From Raillietiella orientalis (Eukaryota): DNA of 64,000 nt. Shown one piece after another: positions 36,242-49,218 of this stretch. The translations under genes were made by a program, and so were the position numbers. The notes under the pieces are model-generated. The model had not been told where the DNA came from. It ran no database searches and saw only the letters and a program-made list of their open reading frames with translations. Location: the NCBI GenBank assembly GCA_036172245.1, contig JAYWIR010000031.1, forward strand, positions 1,674,001 through 1,738,000. Reading direction: 5' to 3'. Every line of letters begins with the position of its first letter. Positions within the stretch are counted from its first letter, which is position 1.

Positions 36242-36948
36242 GTTTTGGGAACCGTACGCCTCGCACCATCATGGGGAAGGTGGTGACGATAGTCTACGCG
36301 TCATTCGGGATTCCTCTGGTGTTCCTGTACCTGTCGAACGTTGGAAACATGCTGGCCAAGAATCTCCAGACAGTGTACTTTAGAGTTCTGTGCTGCCGGG
36401 GCAGGCAGCCGTCCGGCGGCGCTCAAAAGGAGCAGTTCCTCTCCACGATTTCGGTGAAGGACAAAGACAGGAACGTTTGCGAAAACCACGTCGCTTCGGG
36501 AAGAAGGGAGTCCTACCTGAACTCTTGCAAGTCCGATGCCCTCCACACGGCGGCGAAGGTCGATTCACGGCTTAATGACGAGGAAAGGACGAAGGTGCCG
36601 GTGCTTGTGTGCTTTCTCATCCTGATGCTGTACTTGTGCGGTGGCGCCGCGCTGTTCTCCTCATGGGAGAACTGGAACTTTTTCGAGAGTGTCTTCTTCT
36701 GCTTTGTCAGCCTGAGCACCATAGGATTCGGGGAGATGTTTCCTGGCAGCGGCCTGGACTCCAATCTGGAAGTTCAGATAGCCTTCGTCTTCTGCGCGAT
36801 TTACCTCCTCACGGGGATGGCCCTCTTCGCCATGTGTGTCAGCCTGATTCAGGACAATTACTCCGGAAAGTGCAGCGGTTTCCAGCCCAACCGGTGCTTC
36901 GAAATGAAATCCTGCAAAAGGAGGAACGTTACGATCGACCCTGGCTGA
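36242..36948 (+). CDS. K2P channel coding exon 2: end of P1, M2, M3, P2, M4, C-terminus
   Basis: Encodes FGNRTPRTIMGKVVTIVYASFGIPLVFLYLSNVG (M2), VPVLVCFLILMLYLCGGAALFSSWENWNFFESVFFCFVSLSTIGFGEMFPG (M3/P2) and FVFCAIYLLTGMALFAMCVSLIQ (M4). Stop TGA at 36946-36948. Confidence 0.95.
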
Positions 36949-37169
36949 CAATCAAAGAGCGCGACTCCCGAGGATAACAGAAGACATCCCTGGAATCAGC
37001 AAGTGAGTCCTCTTGGTCTGGGAAGAGGAAGAGCTCTTCGAACTCCAAAGTTTCCTGTTTGCCACGTGGACTTCCGTCCCCGGCACATCGGGGTCACCGA
37101 AACGCAGTTCTGATTGGTTCCTGGTTCCCGAAGCGTTGGGTGAAGTGGGAAACTGTCTCACGGTGACTC

Positions 37170-37175
37170 AATAAA
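37170..37175 (+). promoter_or_regulatory. Candidate polyadenylation signal of the K2P gene
   Basis: AATAAA about 220 nt after the stop codon, followed by T-rich sequence. Confidence 0.55.
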
Positions 37176-39949
37176 GCAACGCACGCTTTCCTCCTCGAGT
37201 CTGGAGAATTTCGGACTACGCTGTTTCTAACTTCTTTGCTTTCCTAGAAGGAGCTAGTGTCAGAAAAAGAGAAACTCGTGGGATTTCCAGGTAGTGGACC
37301 TCTGGAAAAGTCCGAAAGGAAGTTCTTTGTTAAAAAGCTTTCGTCTCCCCTGTGGATGAGGAATCATCCAGGAAGGTGAAATCACAGCTTCAGAAGAATC
37401 AAGTCGACTCCGTGTGGGTTCCACCTTTTGCTCCTCATAGCGGTGGCCGTCCTCTTCCGCCCTCCTCCGTCATCTGACAGGTTCCCTACAGATCATGAGA
37501 GGAGACCGCCTGCATGCAACGTTCTATAAGGCATCTGAACGTCCAGTGGTTGGTCCAGCAATGGATAAGTGCTAGAAGCTGAACAGTGGATAATCCAAGA
37601 GTGCTCAAATCCAAGTGCAACTGAAACTGAATGCCATCTGAAACGCGTTGCGTCACTCCTTCATTCTTACTCCTTTTCGTGCAAGCATGAAGTCACTACA
37701 TGCGCCATGGAGCGTTGCCACGCATCGGTTGCCCCGGAATGTTCCTTCAATTTCATCGTATGATGTTCCTTCATTGCGACAGCGGGAAGGGAGAGTCGAG
37801 TGCATCTCATCTTTGCAATGGATCTTCTTCAGAGGAATTCCTGGCGGTGCGTAGAAACTTTCGCGTACAGAGGCTTTCAGTGCATCCGGTTGACGGCTTC
37901 CGCTAAGTGGTTACTCTGTGATCTCGGGGAGTGCCACCAGGGCAGCTTGCTGTAGGAAAGAATGGTTGTGGACTTGTTGAAGGGAACGATGAAGGGATTC
38001 TACGGTTCGGGAAATGCAGCTTCCCACAGAGTGGCATCTTTGCCGGGAGCTGCTTGCGAAACCACTCCAAGCGGACGTCAATCGAAGTAACAATCTTTTG
38101 CTCTCGGACGGCCCGAAGAAGGGATTTCCTGCGAGTCGCATCCTGGGAATCCTGTCCTCCGAGTACAAATCAGAAACTCACATCGAATTGGTTGGCCACG
38201 GACTGAGGATGCAATGTCTCTGAAGCGAGATCTCTTCAAATTCCTGGAAAAGTTTCCCGCCGACCTTGGTCCGGAGAGGCAGCTCTGTTTTCGAACTGCG
38301 CCCACCCTCGAGAATCCATGTGGGCGCGATTCTTGGAGTTCGAGAGATTGTGTTTTGCGAGATGCAATAGAAAGCGCGTCTTCCCTCTCTGTCCCCGTGC
38401 TGCGAAATTCCCCCAAAGCCTGCTCTGCTCTTCCCCTTTGCTTTGGTGCCATCTTGAAGGTTCAACCTTCTTCGAAGCTCTGAGCATTCCACTCCTTGGA
38501 AGGTTATGCTTTCAGCTCTGGGAAAGGCAGTTGCGTTTTGGTCCGCACTTCTCGACTCAAATCATCCAAAAAGCTCATCAGGTGCTTCCTTTTCCACTCG
38601 CTGAGGAGAGAACAGACTCTTTACTTCTGAAACAACGAACACAGCATCATGCATCCAGCTTGAGTGTACTTGCCCATTCTCCATTATCTCAGTTGCAGCT
38701 CTGATTACCAAGTGGCGCTGCCCATGCTAAATGACCAAAGTTGTAACAGCTCTTCCATCTTACGCTTCATCCGTCTGAAATCATGGTGTAGATTCTGCAG
38801 TTGGTCCATTTCTCCAATTAGGCCTTATTCTTTCGAAATCCCCGAAAACTGACTTGATGCCAAATGCACATATATACACATACATATATATTCTCTTTAA
38901 TTCCAAAGCGCAATTTCTTTTTGGTGAGCGTAGATTCAGCTTTGATCTCGAGATTCTGGAACCGTTTTGCTTCCCTCGCGCGTGCGAGTTGCCCGAAGTT
39001 TTCGCGGAAGGATAACGCTCGACTCTTCTTCAGACGGCAGACGTTGCGAAATTTCATTAGGAACGTTGCGAGTCAACGGAAAGAGAGAGCGCGGAGTTTC
39101 GGGATGAAAGGATGAGGAGGAAGTGTTCTCGAAGTCACAGGACTTTCGCCTCGGCTCCGAACCAAGTGCCCTCAAGCTGGCGGCGCTGTTGATGAGATGT
39201 AGGAAGACGCAACGAACCGCGCCTATTAATGCAGACGATGCTGCAGGAGCTTCTCGCTACGAGACACGGCGCGTGGTTAACTGTGGACTGAGCCAGAGCC
39301 CAGTCCACAGATTTCAGCCATAACGAAAGTCCCAACTCTGGATCATGTGCTGTAGGGATTAGGAAACCCTCTGTGCACTGGCAACTTAACCCTTGATGCC
39401 TTTTTGCAAGCTCTTGGTTGTTCCAGACTACAACCCCTCACGTAAGCCGATCACGGCAAGAAAAAGACAGTCCAAAGAGCTGAAACATGCAAAGATAGTC
39501 CAAAGAGCCGTATGGCACCGGAAATGCAAAGCAATCAGACTTCCAGCTTCCTTGAAGAGATCTTTGTTTCCCGAATTATGCATGGCAGCAATTAGGTTAC
39601 CAGAAAGAGTTCTCGACCTTCAAACCGTTCACATGGTATCTGTCCTGTTTACCTAGAAAATACCGCAACGGCGCTGGGACTACGTGGGAGGTCATGGGCG
39701 TAGTATCGAATCAAATTCTTCCCCGTGGACGTGTTGCAGAACCTGCAGCATTTCGTTCATCCTGAACTTGGACTTCACTCAAGAAATTTACTTTTCCGTG
39801 AGGCGCGATGCTGCTCTCGCTAGATGATGCGGGTCATCAAAACTGAGATTTGCCGAGGGCAAAACCTGGTGGCGCCAAAAACAAAGCAAGACAAAGGCAC
39901 GAGTCTGTGTTGAGACGTCTCAGTCCGAAACGCGACGGACGTGTCGAAT

Positions 39950-40300
39950 GGAAGCTCAGCTCCACCATTTGGAAGGGTGGGGAGGCGTCTGAAATCGTCC
40001 TATGCTGAAGACTGCAGTCATCGTTCCCACACACACATCAGATGCTTCCATCTTCACTGTGCGATGCATATGAGCTGCTTTAGATGGAAATCATTCCTGA
40101 TTCATGATCAACGTAGTAACCTCATTGATGGCGCATTCGCAAAAGATTTCTCCAGATTGCTTAAGAGCTACCCAGTTCGATTCTTCGTGTTCCCCATCCC
40201 AATCTCCTTTTGGGCTGCCTACGCCTTTTAAGGGGAAGCTGCCACAGCCTTCTAGTCGTTCATTCGTTTCAACTGCCCGTCACCTGCTTCGGTTCCCTAC
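39950..40300 (-). mobile_element. Possible decayed R4-like fragment
   Basis: SNWV...EVTTLIMNQE followed by a CVCG..SLQH CCHC-like segment across a frameshift. Confidence 0.3.
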
Positions 40301-41767
40301 TCAGAGGTTTGGATAGAACGACCAGCCAGGAATCTCTCCGGCAGCTGCTGACAACTTGCGGTTTCGGCATTCGTCTTTCACCAGCGGCAAACAGCGCTGA
40401 TGTTGGCTGTAGAGAAGGGCGTGAATCATTCAGGGTCGTTTCCAGGTATCTTTTGGTCTTGGATGAATGGGATCCTGCCCGTCGCATCCGTACTGTCTTG
40501 TATCATGGGGAATGGGACCGATGTTGCGCCCTCGGCAACTCTTCCTGGGTGAAGCGCCACGATAAAATCTCATCTCAAAGGTAGCCCTAAGGAAATCATG
40601 GACCCTATTTTTAACAGCATATAAGGAAGTGTTTCTTTTGGAGTTCCATTCACACGGTCTTCATTTCTAAATCTTGCGTGCGCAAGAAAGGGTTTGAGCG
40701 AGGAAAGACCGTCCTCGAGATTTCAAGGGCTCATCACTCCCGAGTGTTTCAGCCATTGGGAGATCCGAAACGTATGAATCTCACTTCCTGAGATTCACTC
40801 TTCCTGAGACCTCACTCCCTGAGGCCGTCTGGAACAGTTCCTAACGGAAAGGCAAGAAAAGTCAAGAAAAGGGGAACCACATTGAGGAAAGAGGTGCATC
40901 CTGAATTAGAGGGGAGTGGTAGCAGCACATTGGCAGAGATTTTGAGCGTAACTGATGATACGACTGCATTCTGTGTTGGAAGGGAAGATAAGAGGACGGG
41001 TGTTTACCCGTGCCGTGGACGAAGTCTCAGATTACTTGACCCGAAACAGGTCAGAATGACGTTAGCAAGGCGCTGCGTCTGTTGCATGCCAGTGGAAAGG
41101 TCCCCTGTTTCCCCCGATCCTAGAGGGACTCAGACAGATCGGGAAATCTTCCGGCAGAGATTTTTTGCGATTTCAGCGGATCCCTTGGCTCCGTGCAAAG
41201 AGCCTCCTGAGGCCAAAGACGAAGATAACTGAAAGGATGCACGATGTCCTATTCGAGATCTCCATGGTGCAAAGCAGACGCGCGATGGCAGGTCTGTAGA
41301 GAACGGGAGTGAAGATTCTCATTCCGAGGGAGGAAGAAGAGCAAGTGGAACGGAATGAAAAGAGCGCGATGACCTTCGCAGTGATCGCCTGACTTTTAAA
41401 GGCGTCTGAGAGAACTTTCTCCATGGCACTTCGGAGCAACAGTTACGGAACCTTCCCCACGGCATGCTCTCATTCAAGAGCTCCGAATTCTTGAGGAATC
41501 GGTTCAACATTCATCTCCCTGCGCGTTCATGACAATCATAAAGAACTGATGTTGACCGCGGTGAGTGGGGCGATGAGTGAATAAGCAAAGCAGGATGAAA
41601 CAGGCAAAGGGAGGAAGCCACATCGGTAGCTAATGAGGTATCGAGCCAGAGATCACCCGAAATTGTCGGATCTCAAGAAACTGCTCCAGATGGCGTGGAA
41701 TCCACTGCCACCCATTTGACATGGGGCACACTCCATTCTTCGCACCGATTGGAATGCATCCCAGGCG

Positions 41768-42680
41768 AAGGACCGCAGTGGCTACGCGCGGCTGAGGTCT
41801 CAGAGCGAGGTACCAAGAGTCGCGAGTTCGAATACCCACATAGAGGATCGAAACTGGAAAGTATGGATGCATCGTGGGTTGCGAGTCTCCCCTCAGGAAG
41901 ACACTGGCTGAGCCATGGGCTTTGGGCACGGCATTGGTGGAAGCCTGAAACCGGGATATCCTCGTTGACTAGTCGGAATCGGAAGCTGACCTTCTGAGAG
42001 GATCCTCCGAGGAATGTGGGAGCTCGGTTACTTCAGGGTTCCTTTCTGGTTGTGAAAATAGTCACTCCTCCTTGCGGGGGAAGGGGAGGGGGAGAACCCT
42101 CGATCACGTACCATGGAGCTCGTTGATGCCTTTCTCGAGGACGGTCTCCCCAGAATGTAAGAAGCCCACTGCTCCCTTCGAGGGCACCCTTCAGAGAAAC
42201 TTATCAGCATCTCCAGTTCTTCAGCTGCGTACCGTTCTCGCTTAGTTGCCTTATCTCGCACGGTTACTTCTAAGGCTTTTTGCCATCGGGAGTGTCCCTT
42301 CGAGGTTCTCTTCAGAGGAGTAACAAAGAGTCCCTTGTGAGTTTCCTCTGAAGAAGAAATTCCAGGAGAGGATTTTTCTCAGTTCCCTTCGGAAAAGAAA
42401 GGAGGATTGGTCCCTTCCGAAGAACTCCTTCGGGAAGAACAAGAAAGGAGATTCCCTTTGGGCTCCCTCTCGGAGACAACCAGGTTTGCCTGCCGGGTTC
42501 CCTCCCAAGCTTGGGAGAGGAACGGACTCCTTCCTGCGGAGCCTTTTTGGATTCGTAGGGCAGTCATTCCCGGGGTTATCCCCTATAAATTGAAGAGTTG
42601 CGCGCACCATCTGGAAGCGTGTACGGCGCCAAAGAGCTTCGTAAGCTTCCCCCCCCCCCTTTCATTCTTCTAGGAGGCCA
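41768..42680 (+). mobile_element. tRNA-headed SINE-like element, copy 3 (longest)
   Basis: Head CAGTGGCTACGCGCGG...GGTACCAAGAGTCGCGAGTTCGAATAC. Shares the body and the 3' block (CCCTATAAATTGAAGAGTT...CTTCGT) with copy 1. Confidence 0.75.
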
Positions 42681-45600
42681 ACAGTTCTTCGGCACTTGGA
42701 GAATCAAAAGATAACAAATCCGAAAAAAAAAACCCTGAAAGGAAAGTAGCGAAAACGGAAGAATTGAACAGCATATCCTTTTCTTTTTAAATTTCATCCA
42801 AAAAGGGAGATCCTCCTAGAAAACAAGTTGCTTTCAGATCGTTTTTAAAAGTACCGTTTGAACCGTTTGTTTTCTTGCGTGGGGATCCTCGTCTCTCCTG
42901 AAGACCCAGTCCTGAAGACTGGGTTTCATTTCACCGAGTAGTTTCCATCTGTGTCTTCTTATTTTCCATCTTTCAGCCTACTAAGATCAGCTGGGGCATT
43001 CGACGGAAGTTTTCGTAGAACACACACAGGGGAGATGCATTGGTGTGGTTTAAACGATGGGTCTGGCTGTCTGGAGAAGCTTCTGGCTGCGCAGCTGCGA
43101 ATTGAAAAAGAAGACGCCTGCGCGTTCGCCTCCGAGACTTCGAGCATCGAAACAGCCGCGGCATTCGGCTTCAGGCCTCGGGGAAGTTGGACCTTGTGGG
43201 CGCTGCGTAAAGGCAGCGCCAGCGGGAATGCTCATTGGCTCTCTTGAAACCTTTGCTCCGGTGCACGGGAAGAACCATGAACTCTGAGACGAACACTGCA
43301 GTGAAGTACGAATCTCTCGATAGCCTCCTTATCGAGGGAGCTTAGAGACGGGCTCTTGTGGGGCCGTTTTCCGGTCGTGTTCGGTCCACGGAGGCTGGAG
43401 CAGTCAGCATTTTCTGTGTCATGCTCGTTGAGGTCCAGTCGGAGAACGGAACCCTCGCGGCCAGAACAAACCATTCGTCCTGTTCCGCTGCTTCTCAAGG
43501 ACATTCAGAAAGGCGGTGGGATTAGTGTCGACGGCCATCACTCGTGCACTTCTGAGTAGCGCCGTAGCAGCTCACATGCACCTCGTGGAGTCCAGTGGAC
43601 CCGATGCTTCGGACCTTCTGGAAGTGGTGATTCATCAGCGTCCCTCATGCTATAGTTTGCCGAGTCTCGCTTTGTGATGTATCAGCTGGAAAGGTGGTCT
43701 GTCTCTTTCCTTTTACCACTGCATCCTCATGACTGAATCTGAGAAAGAGATGCTTCTTTCCCTTCCAGGATCCACATCCACGTTTTATTGGACGGAAAAA
43801 GCTGCGGAAAAAACTTCCTTGGTCACTACGTGTAGAGGTAGCTTGTGGACCAGCATTGCTCGAAGAAAATAAAAGAAATTGCTTCGAAAGGTTTCCTAGC
43901 AGTTCTTTCATCTTGCACTGCATGCAGACAGCCGATCTCACCAAGCATCATCAGCCTCACTCAAGTTTCCTATTCTTCCATTCTGAGCCAAGGATCGAAT
44001 GCCGCAATCTGTTCAGATGATTTGATGCCACTTGTAAGAATCCCGAGTCTTTCCTCTGTCGCTACAGTTGTTTGCTGATCTGTGACCGTTTCTGCAGAGA
44101 GTTTCATGGGTTAAGCAACGTTTGGCAAGGGGGGCACCGACGATGAGAACTGGCTCCCTCCGAAAAGAAAGTTGCGGATGAGAACTCTCTAGTCGCGGTC
44201 CTAATGTAACCCAAAGCCTCGCCCTATCTTGCATTTTCCTTCTTCCCTCCTCCCCCGTATCTTCCACCATCTTCACTAATGTGAAGGTCGCTTGGAGACT
44301 GAGCCTCCTTGGTGAAACCAACAGGGCACGCCAATGAGCTCTGCGGATCGATCTTGAGGGCTGTTTGGCTGGCCCGTTTAAGAACTCTGTTTGCTTCCAG
44401 AATCCGACGCTTTCAGCCTGCTGCGATCCCTTCAACTGAGACCAATCTCCTAGTGAAGGAACGGGAGCATTCTTAGAAGCTGCAGACTCCGCCGTCGAAC
44501 CTCTCCAGCTCCCCTCATCCGTGGACGGCTCCCTGCCCTCCCACCCCCTCGGATGGTAAGATTTGGAAGATGAGTTAAAGGTATTCGCCCCCCTGTCGGT
44601 GGTGTCTGATGAGTGTGGCATCCAATTCAGCTCGGAATATGGCACTTCCAGGAAAAATTTCTCTCCCTCTCCAATACGGTGAGGTCGTCTCCCCTTTTTT
44701 TCTCCTCTTCTCTTCGCAAACTTGCGTTGTTTGAACGTGGTAACTCTGAGGCATTTGTTGTCCCTCCCCCCAAACTGTGTACAACAAACATTCAGAACAG
44801 CATCGACAAAAATGACTTCAGATAGGACTCTGGGTCCCATTTTGGTTCAAAAACTCCAGGAGACACTCCTAAGAACGAATAGGGTACCAAGGTGAGGATG
44901 CTGAACAGAGGAGAGAAGAACAAAATTCTTCATGTTTGAGAAGGAAGAGGGTTCCGAAACGGTTCCAGATAGTTCCCGAGTATCCTCTACATGCTGTGCA
45001 ATATGCTGACAATCTCCTCCTTCAGAGATTCCGGATCTCTGGCAACCCGTTATCCCCCTTGAGAAGGTCATGGTAAGGATAGTGTCCCCGTCGTTCCGTC
45101 TCTCTTTCGGCAATATTTCGTGCTATGACCATGACGTAGAAGCGGCAGAAATAAAGCAGTTCTAAGAGGTGCACTGCAGCTCGCCCGAAAGGGCCTTACA
45201 AAGCATTCCCAGGGCTGTTGACTGGGTGTCGGAGGAACCTACACGACACGCCTTCGAATGTGTCAGTAGGCAACGAAGTCCAATAACAGATGCGAAAGGG
45301 TTCGATTCCCCCTCACCTGGCACCTGGTCATACCTTCTCTGGTACAATGGTGTGAACAGGCGTTCCGGAAACTCTTTCTGGAGCTCCTGGAGCGCTTGGT
45401 TCTTCCGGAAACCTGACTTTTCCGTCTACTCTTGGTTTGATGTGATGCGCTCATGGCAAGTTCCTTCAGCGGTCGTGGTCTCATGTGCGGCATGCTCACG
45501 GGACGCGGGATCGGCCTGAGGCCTATGTCCTCCGGCATCTTCGAGTTTGGTGTTCAACGCAGGCAGGAAAACTCTAGCGACTCTCTCAAATTTCTGCCCT

Positions 45601-45899
45601 TGAACGCCAGGTGTAGTGGCATGTGTCGCTGACCTTCTTCTCTCGCACTCGTCTCACCCTGAGACGACTTTTCTCAATGGAATTCTTTAGGCTGATTATC
45701 TGCGATGCGGGCATCAGCACCAATAGGACCAAGTGCAAGGTCGTCGTTGTCTGCCGGGTGTGAGCATAAGAGCCGGATTGGATCCTTTTGAAGATCTTCA
45801 TGGGAACCTCAGCCTATCGTTAAAAGACTTCTGCCACCGTCTGAAATACTTTCTCTACCCTTTTTCCGACCTCTTTTTTTTTATCCATTCCACCAGACG

Positions 45900-46720
45900 A
45901 GACGACACACAAGATGGATGGCCTCATGAGGAAAGTGCTGCGGAGCACCGGAAGGCCAGAGGTTCGCCTTGAAGACCTCGCTGCACCACGCAGGGACTCC
46001 GAAACCGACATTCTAACGAAGATGAGGGAGATGAGGCCACTTCGGCATAGCGGCCTGCTAGCCGAAAATTGGATGCGGCACCGATGCCTTCCTCTAGTAG
46101 ACGTCCACGGAGTGCTGTCGGATGAGAAGAGACCGGGCAAAGTGTTTCGGGTTCCCATTGAGGAGGATTGGCCACTCGGACGGAAGAGAACCGGCCGGTT
46201 GGTCTCCTGCTGCCCCGCAAACCGCAGCGCATGGCTGCGGGAGTCGGCGGATCCGCGTCACGAGGACTGACGTCGCCACCAGCCTGGGAGGACGAGCGCC
46301 GAAACCACTTGTCCATCCTCCCGTCTGCAGCGCTATTCTCCCTACGGGAGAGAAGCGGCAGTTGCCGACCGGTGACAGGGTGCGTGACCTCGTGCTCCTC
46401 GGTGCGAGAGCGACCGAGCTGACGCCGGTGGAAGGCGGGCCGGTGGGCTGACGCGGAGACGCTCGGGCCGGAGGGCCGCTGCTCCGTCGGGCAGACTTCG
46501 CCTCGCCATCCTCCCCTCATCCGTGGATGGCTCCGTGCCCACCCACTCCCGTCGGATGGTAACGAGTGGCTTGCTGCTCGTGCACCCGGCGGCGGCATCG
46601 CTGGACGAGGAGGAGAGGCGCTAGCTGCCGGCAAATGAGGGAAACTTCCGCGCACCTGCTGTCGGGACTGCGGGGGACTTCGGAGCGTGTGGCAACGGAC
46701 GCCTCGTGGCTGCCCCACTT
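45900..46720 (+). mobile_element. Decayed R4/Dong-like retrotransposon (post-RT region to CCHC)
   Basis: MDGLMRKVLRS..RPEVRLEDLAAPRRD resembles the post-RT thumb motif, and CRQMRETSAHLLSG is zinc-knuckle-like. A related block also occurs at 44510-44569. Confidence 0.5.
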
Positions 46721-46939
46721 CAGCCCGGAGCTGCGCCGAAGGAGTTGCAGCTTTACACGTGACCGTCTTTCGTCTGCTTCCGCGATTGCAACCCTGCATT
46801 GTGTCCGGAGGACCGTGGTGCGCGTGCGAGAGGGGCCCTCCAGTATGTCTCGAAGGCCGTGCTCTGCACCCCGGCAACGGTGGCAAACGTGGCGTGATGG
46901 CCTCACCTGCGAAAACCACCCCCTGCACCTCAAACGCTA

Positions 46940-47080
46940 CTAAAAATATTTTAAGAATATTTTCTCCTAATTAATTAATTTTGACATTTTTAATCAAGAG
47001 GTAATATGTTATTTATTAATAATAAATAAGTGCTATAAAAAACATTTGGGATTTATATTAAATCCCAAATGTTTTTTGTG
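46940..47080. repeat. AT-rich island ending in a perfect 19-bp hairpin (47037-47077)
   Basis: AAAAAACATTTGGGATTTA-TAT-TAAATCCCAAATGTTTTTT. Confidence 0.85.
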
Positions 47081-47549
47081 TGAATTGAGATCCTTTCCCT
47101 TCTCTCCCCCATTTCTTTATTATCCTCTCTCCTTGGCTCTCTGTACTTTCTGCGTAGCCGGTCTAGGGGTCAACGGTTCCTTCTTTCTTCTTAATCTTGA
47201 AAGGTCCTCTGCTTCTTCTTTTCTCTTTCCGAGAAATGAAAGGACGGCCTGCTGACATTGGTACCTGGGTGCATCACGCAGGGAGATCCCAATGCACAAA
47301 TGCCGAGCGTCATCACTTGAAGGATAGCGTGAAGGTGTCCACAGATGCGGTGAGGATCTCCAATTCTTCCAGAGGAATGCGAAGGCGGTTTTTCCAGCGG
47401 GTTAGTGCCGCCGGGTGAACGTCCGGCATTGCAGCGTCCACAATTTGATTCTCCGACCAGCCGAGTCTCCTTGCGGGAACAAGAAGAAGTCTCCTTGTGC
47501 GAACTTGCGTTTGTGATCCTCCCTTTCCTATCAGCGTCATGTCGTGTGC

Positions 47550-48600
47550 TCTCTCCCGGGATAACGGAACGGATGCTTCCGCTCCCTACAGACTCCTGGA
47601 CCGTAACTCTCCCGGAATCTCTGAAGGAGGAGATTGCCAGTCTTGATCCTCACTCCCCTCGTGACAACGGAGCTCTCGCTGCGTTGCTCTCAACCAAGTT
47701 TGGACTCGGTCACTGCTGGATTCCGTTGCACGAGATGCCGGCTGTTCCCACCCGTGATTTTCTGGAAGTAAGGCTTTTGCCTCCCTTTTTCCATTTTCCA
47801 CGAAGAGCGCGTTTTCACTGGCCTACACCTAAAAACGGACGACGTTTCCCAGTAATGGAGGTGAGTTTCCCTGGCAACAAAATGCGAGATCGGGAGGCGC
47901 ACCACTTCATCCTTTTAATGAGCTCATTGACTTTTCTTTTATCTTTTTTCCTTTCTTTTCTTTCTCTTACATAAGTGGAACGTGAAAACGGAATTGGAAG
48001 AGAAAGACTCAAAGAGCGAAAGCACCCACCATATGCTGACGTGCAAAGCTCCGACTGGAGTCGATGTGCATCGAATCAGACCGAAGAGAGGAAGCGATTC
48101 GACACCGAAAACTCTGTTAAGAGATCCAAAAAGAGCTCCAGAGAGATGAGTGGAACTGAGAGCAGGCGAAGGCTGCATTTCCGGAACGGATGCATCTGCA
48201 CCTCCAAGAGTCTTTCTCGTTTGCTAAGCTCACCACATCGGACTCCTCTTCTATGAGCGAACATGACGTTTCACTTTGTTTGCAATCAGTAATTTGAGAG
48301 CATCCAATCAAACTCATTCCCAGATGACGATGATGAGAGGAGCTAAGCACAGGCTTCGGGGTACTTGGGTCCGACTCCCACGACACCATCTTGCGTACTC
48401 ATTGGCTGGTTCTGGAAGCGCACACACGACTTCCCGAATTTCCTCAGCATCCAAGTTCTCTCCTGGATGATGATGATTTGGCGTGTGGCATCTGTTATGA
48501 CGCAGCGAATGATGGATGCTCTGGAGTCGATGTTCGATGCTTACAGTGAAATATGGCTGATTGTTCGGAAGCTGCGTCGCGACCTTGCCAAGAGTATGTG
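47550..48600 (+). mobile_element. Decayed LINE RT fragment
   Basis: EEIASLDPHSPRDNG (SPG.DG), RKRFDT (KAFD) and LLDDDDL / TQRMMDALE (YADD..LQ...D.L) occur in order. Confidence 0.45.
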
Positions 48601-48991
48601 AAAATCCTCGGCGCATCTTCGGTTGCGTGGTGACTGATGCTGTCTAGTGTGTGACGCACAACTACGGAAATCTTCTAGCATGCTTTCCGAGGTACATTAG
48701 CTCCTTCCATGGGGATCCATGGAGGGGGGGAGGGGGTTGGCAGTAAAAAATTAATGCCAACTAATGCTCCAGAATTACGGAGTTCATCATGCCAGAACGC
48801 GATCCAAGATCCACCATGATCTTCTTCCACTTCTTTGTGTTGGGGGAAGGATTTATCATTGCTGTTGTTTAGCTAAGTCATCCTGATCTCTCAGCACGCA
48901 ATATGTGTCATACTGGGAAAAATGGGAAAACTTCTTATACACCAGACTGTCTTGGAGCATTTTTCTTATTCAGGTCACTTGCTAAACAATT

Positions 48992-49218
48992 AGAGGGTCG
49001 TTTATGATCCACGCAGCTTGGCGGAAGATCTGCAAGAAGGAGGAACGACCCGAGAAATTGCGTTGCGAAGAAGCTTTGGAAGTGGTTAGTTGTTGGTTCC
49101 GTTGGCAAAAGACTGCGATGCTGATTGGTAGCCTGATAGGAAAGAAAGTGTACAAGAATGCAAAGGAGGGGGAAAATGTGCTTTGGAACCTCATGGCACC
49201 CATCCTGACTCCCGAGAA
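48992..49218 (+). repeat. 227-bp direct repeat copy A (R4-like retrotransposon fragment)
   Basis: Colinear and highly similar to 50367-50593. Peptides NCVAKKLWKWL and ENVLWNLMAPILT resemble the R4-clade RHN.VAK and ILWD..I.TD motifs. Confidence 0.85.

Noticed and set aside
41768..41850. Functional tRNA gene
   Set aside because: No complete cloverleaf. It is the head of a repeated SINE-like element.
42898..42930. Hammerhead-ribozyme-like CTGAAGA plus stem
   Set aside because: The stem is followed by TTTCA rather than the required GAAA, and no stems I/III are evident.
45924..46928. 334-aa minus-strand ORF
   Set aside because: Antisense to a decayed retrotransposon fragment, with no domain signature.
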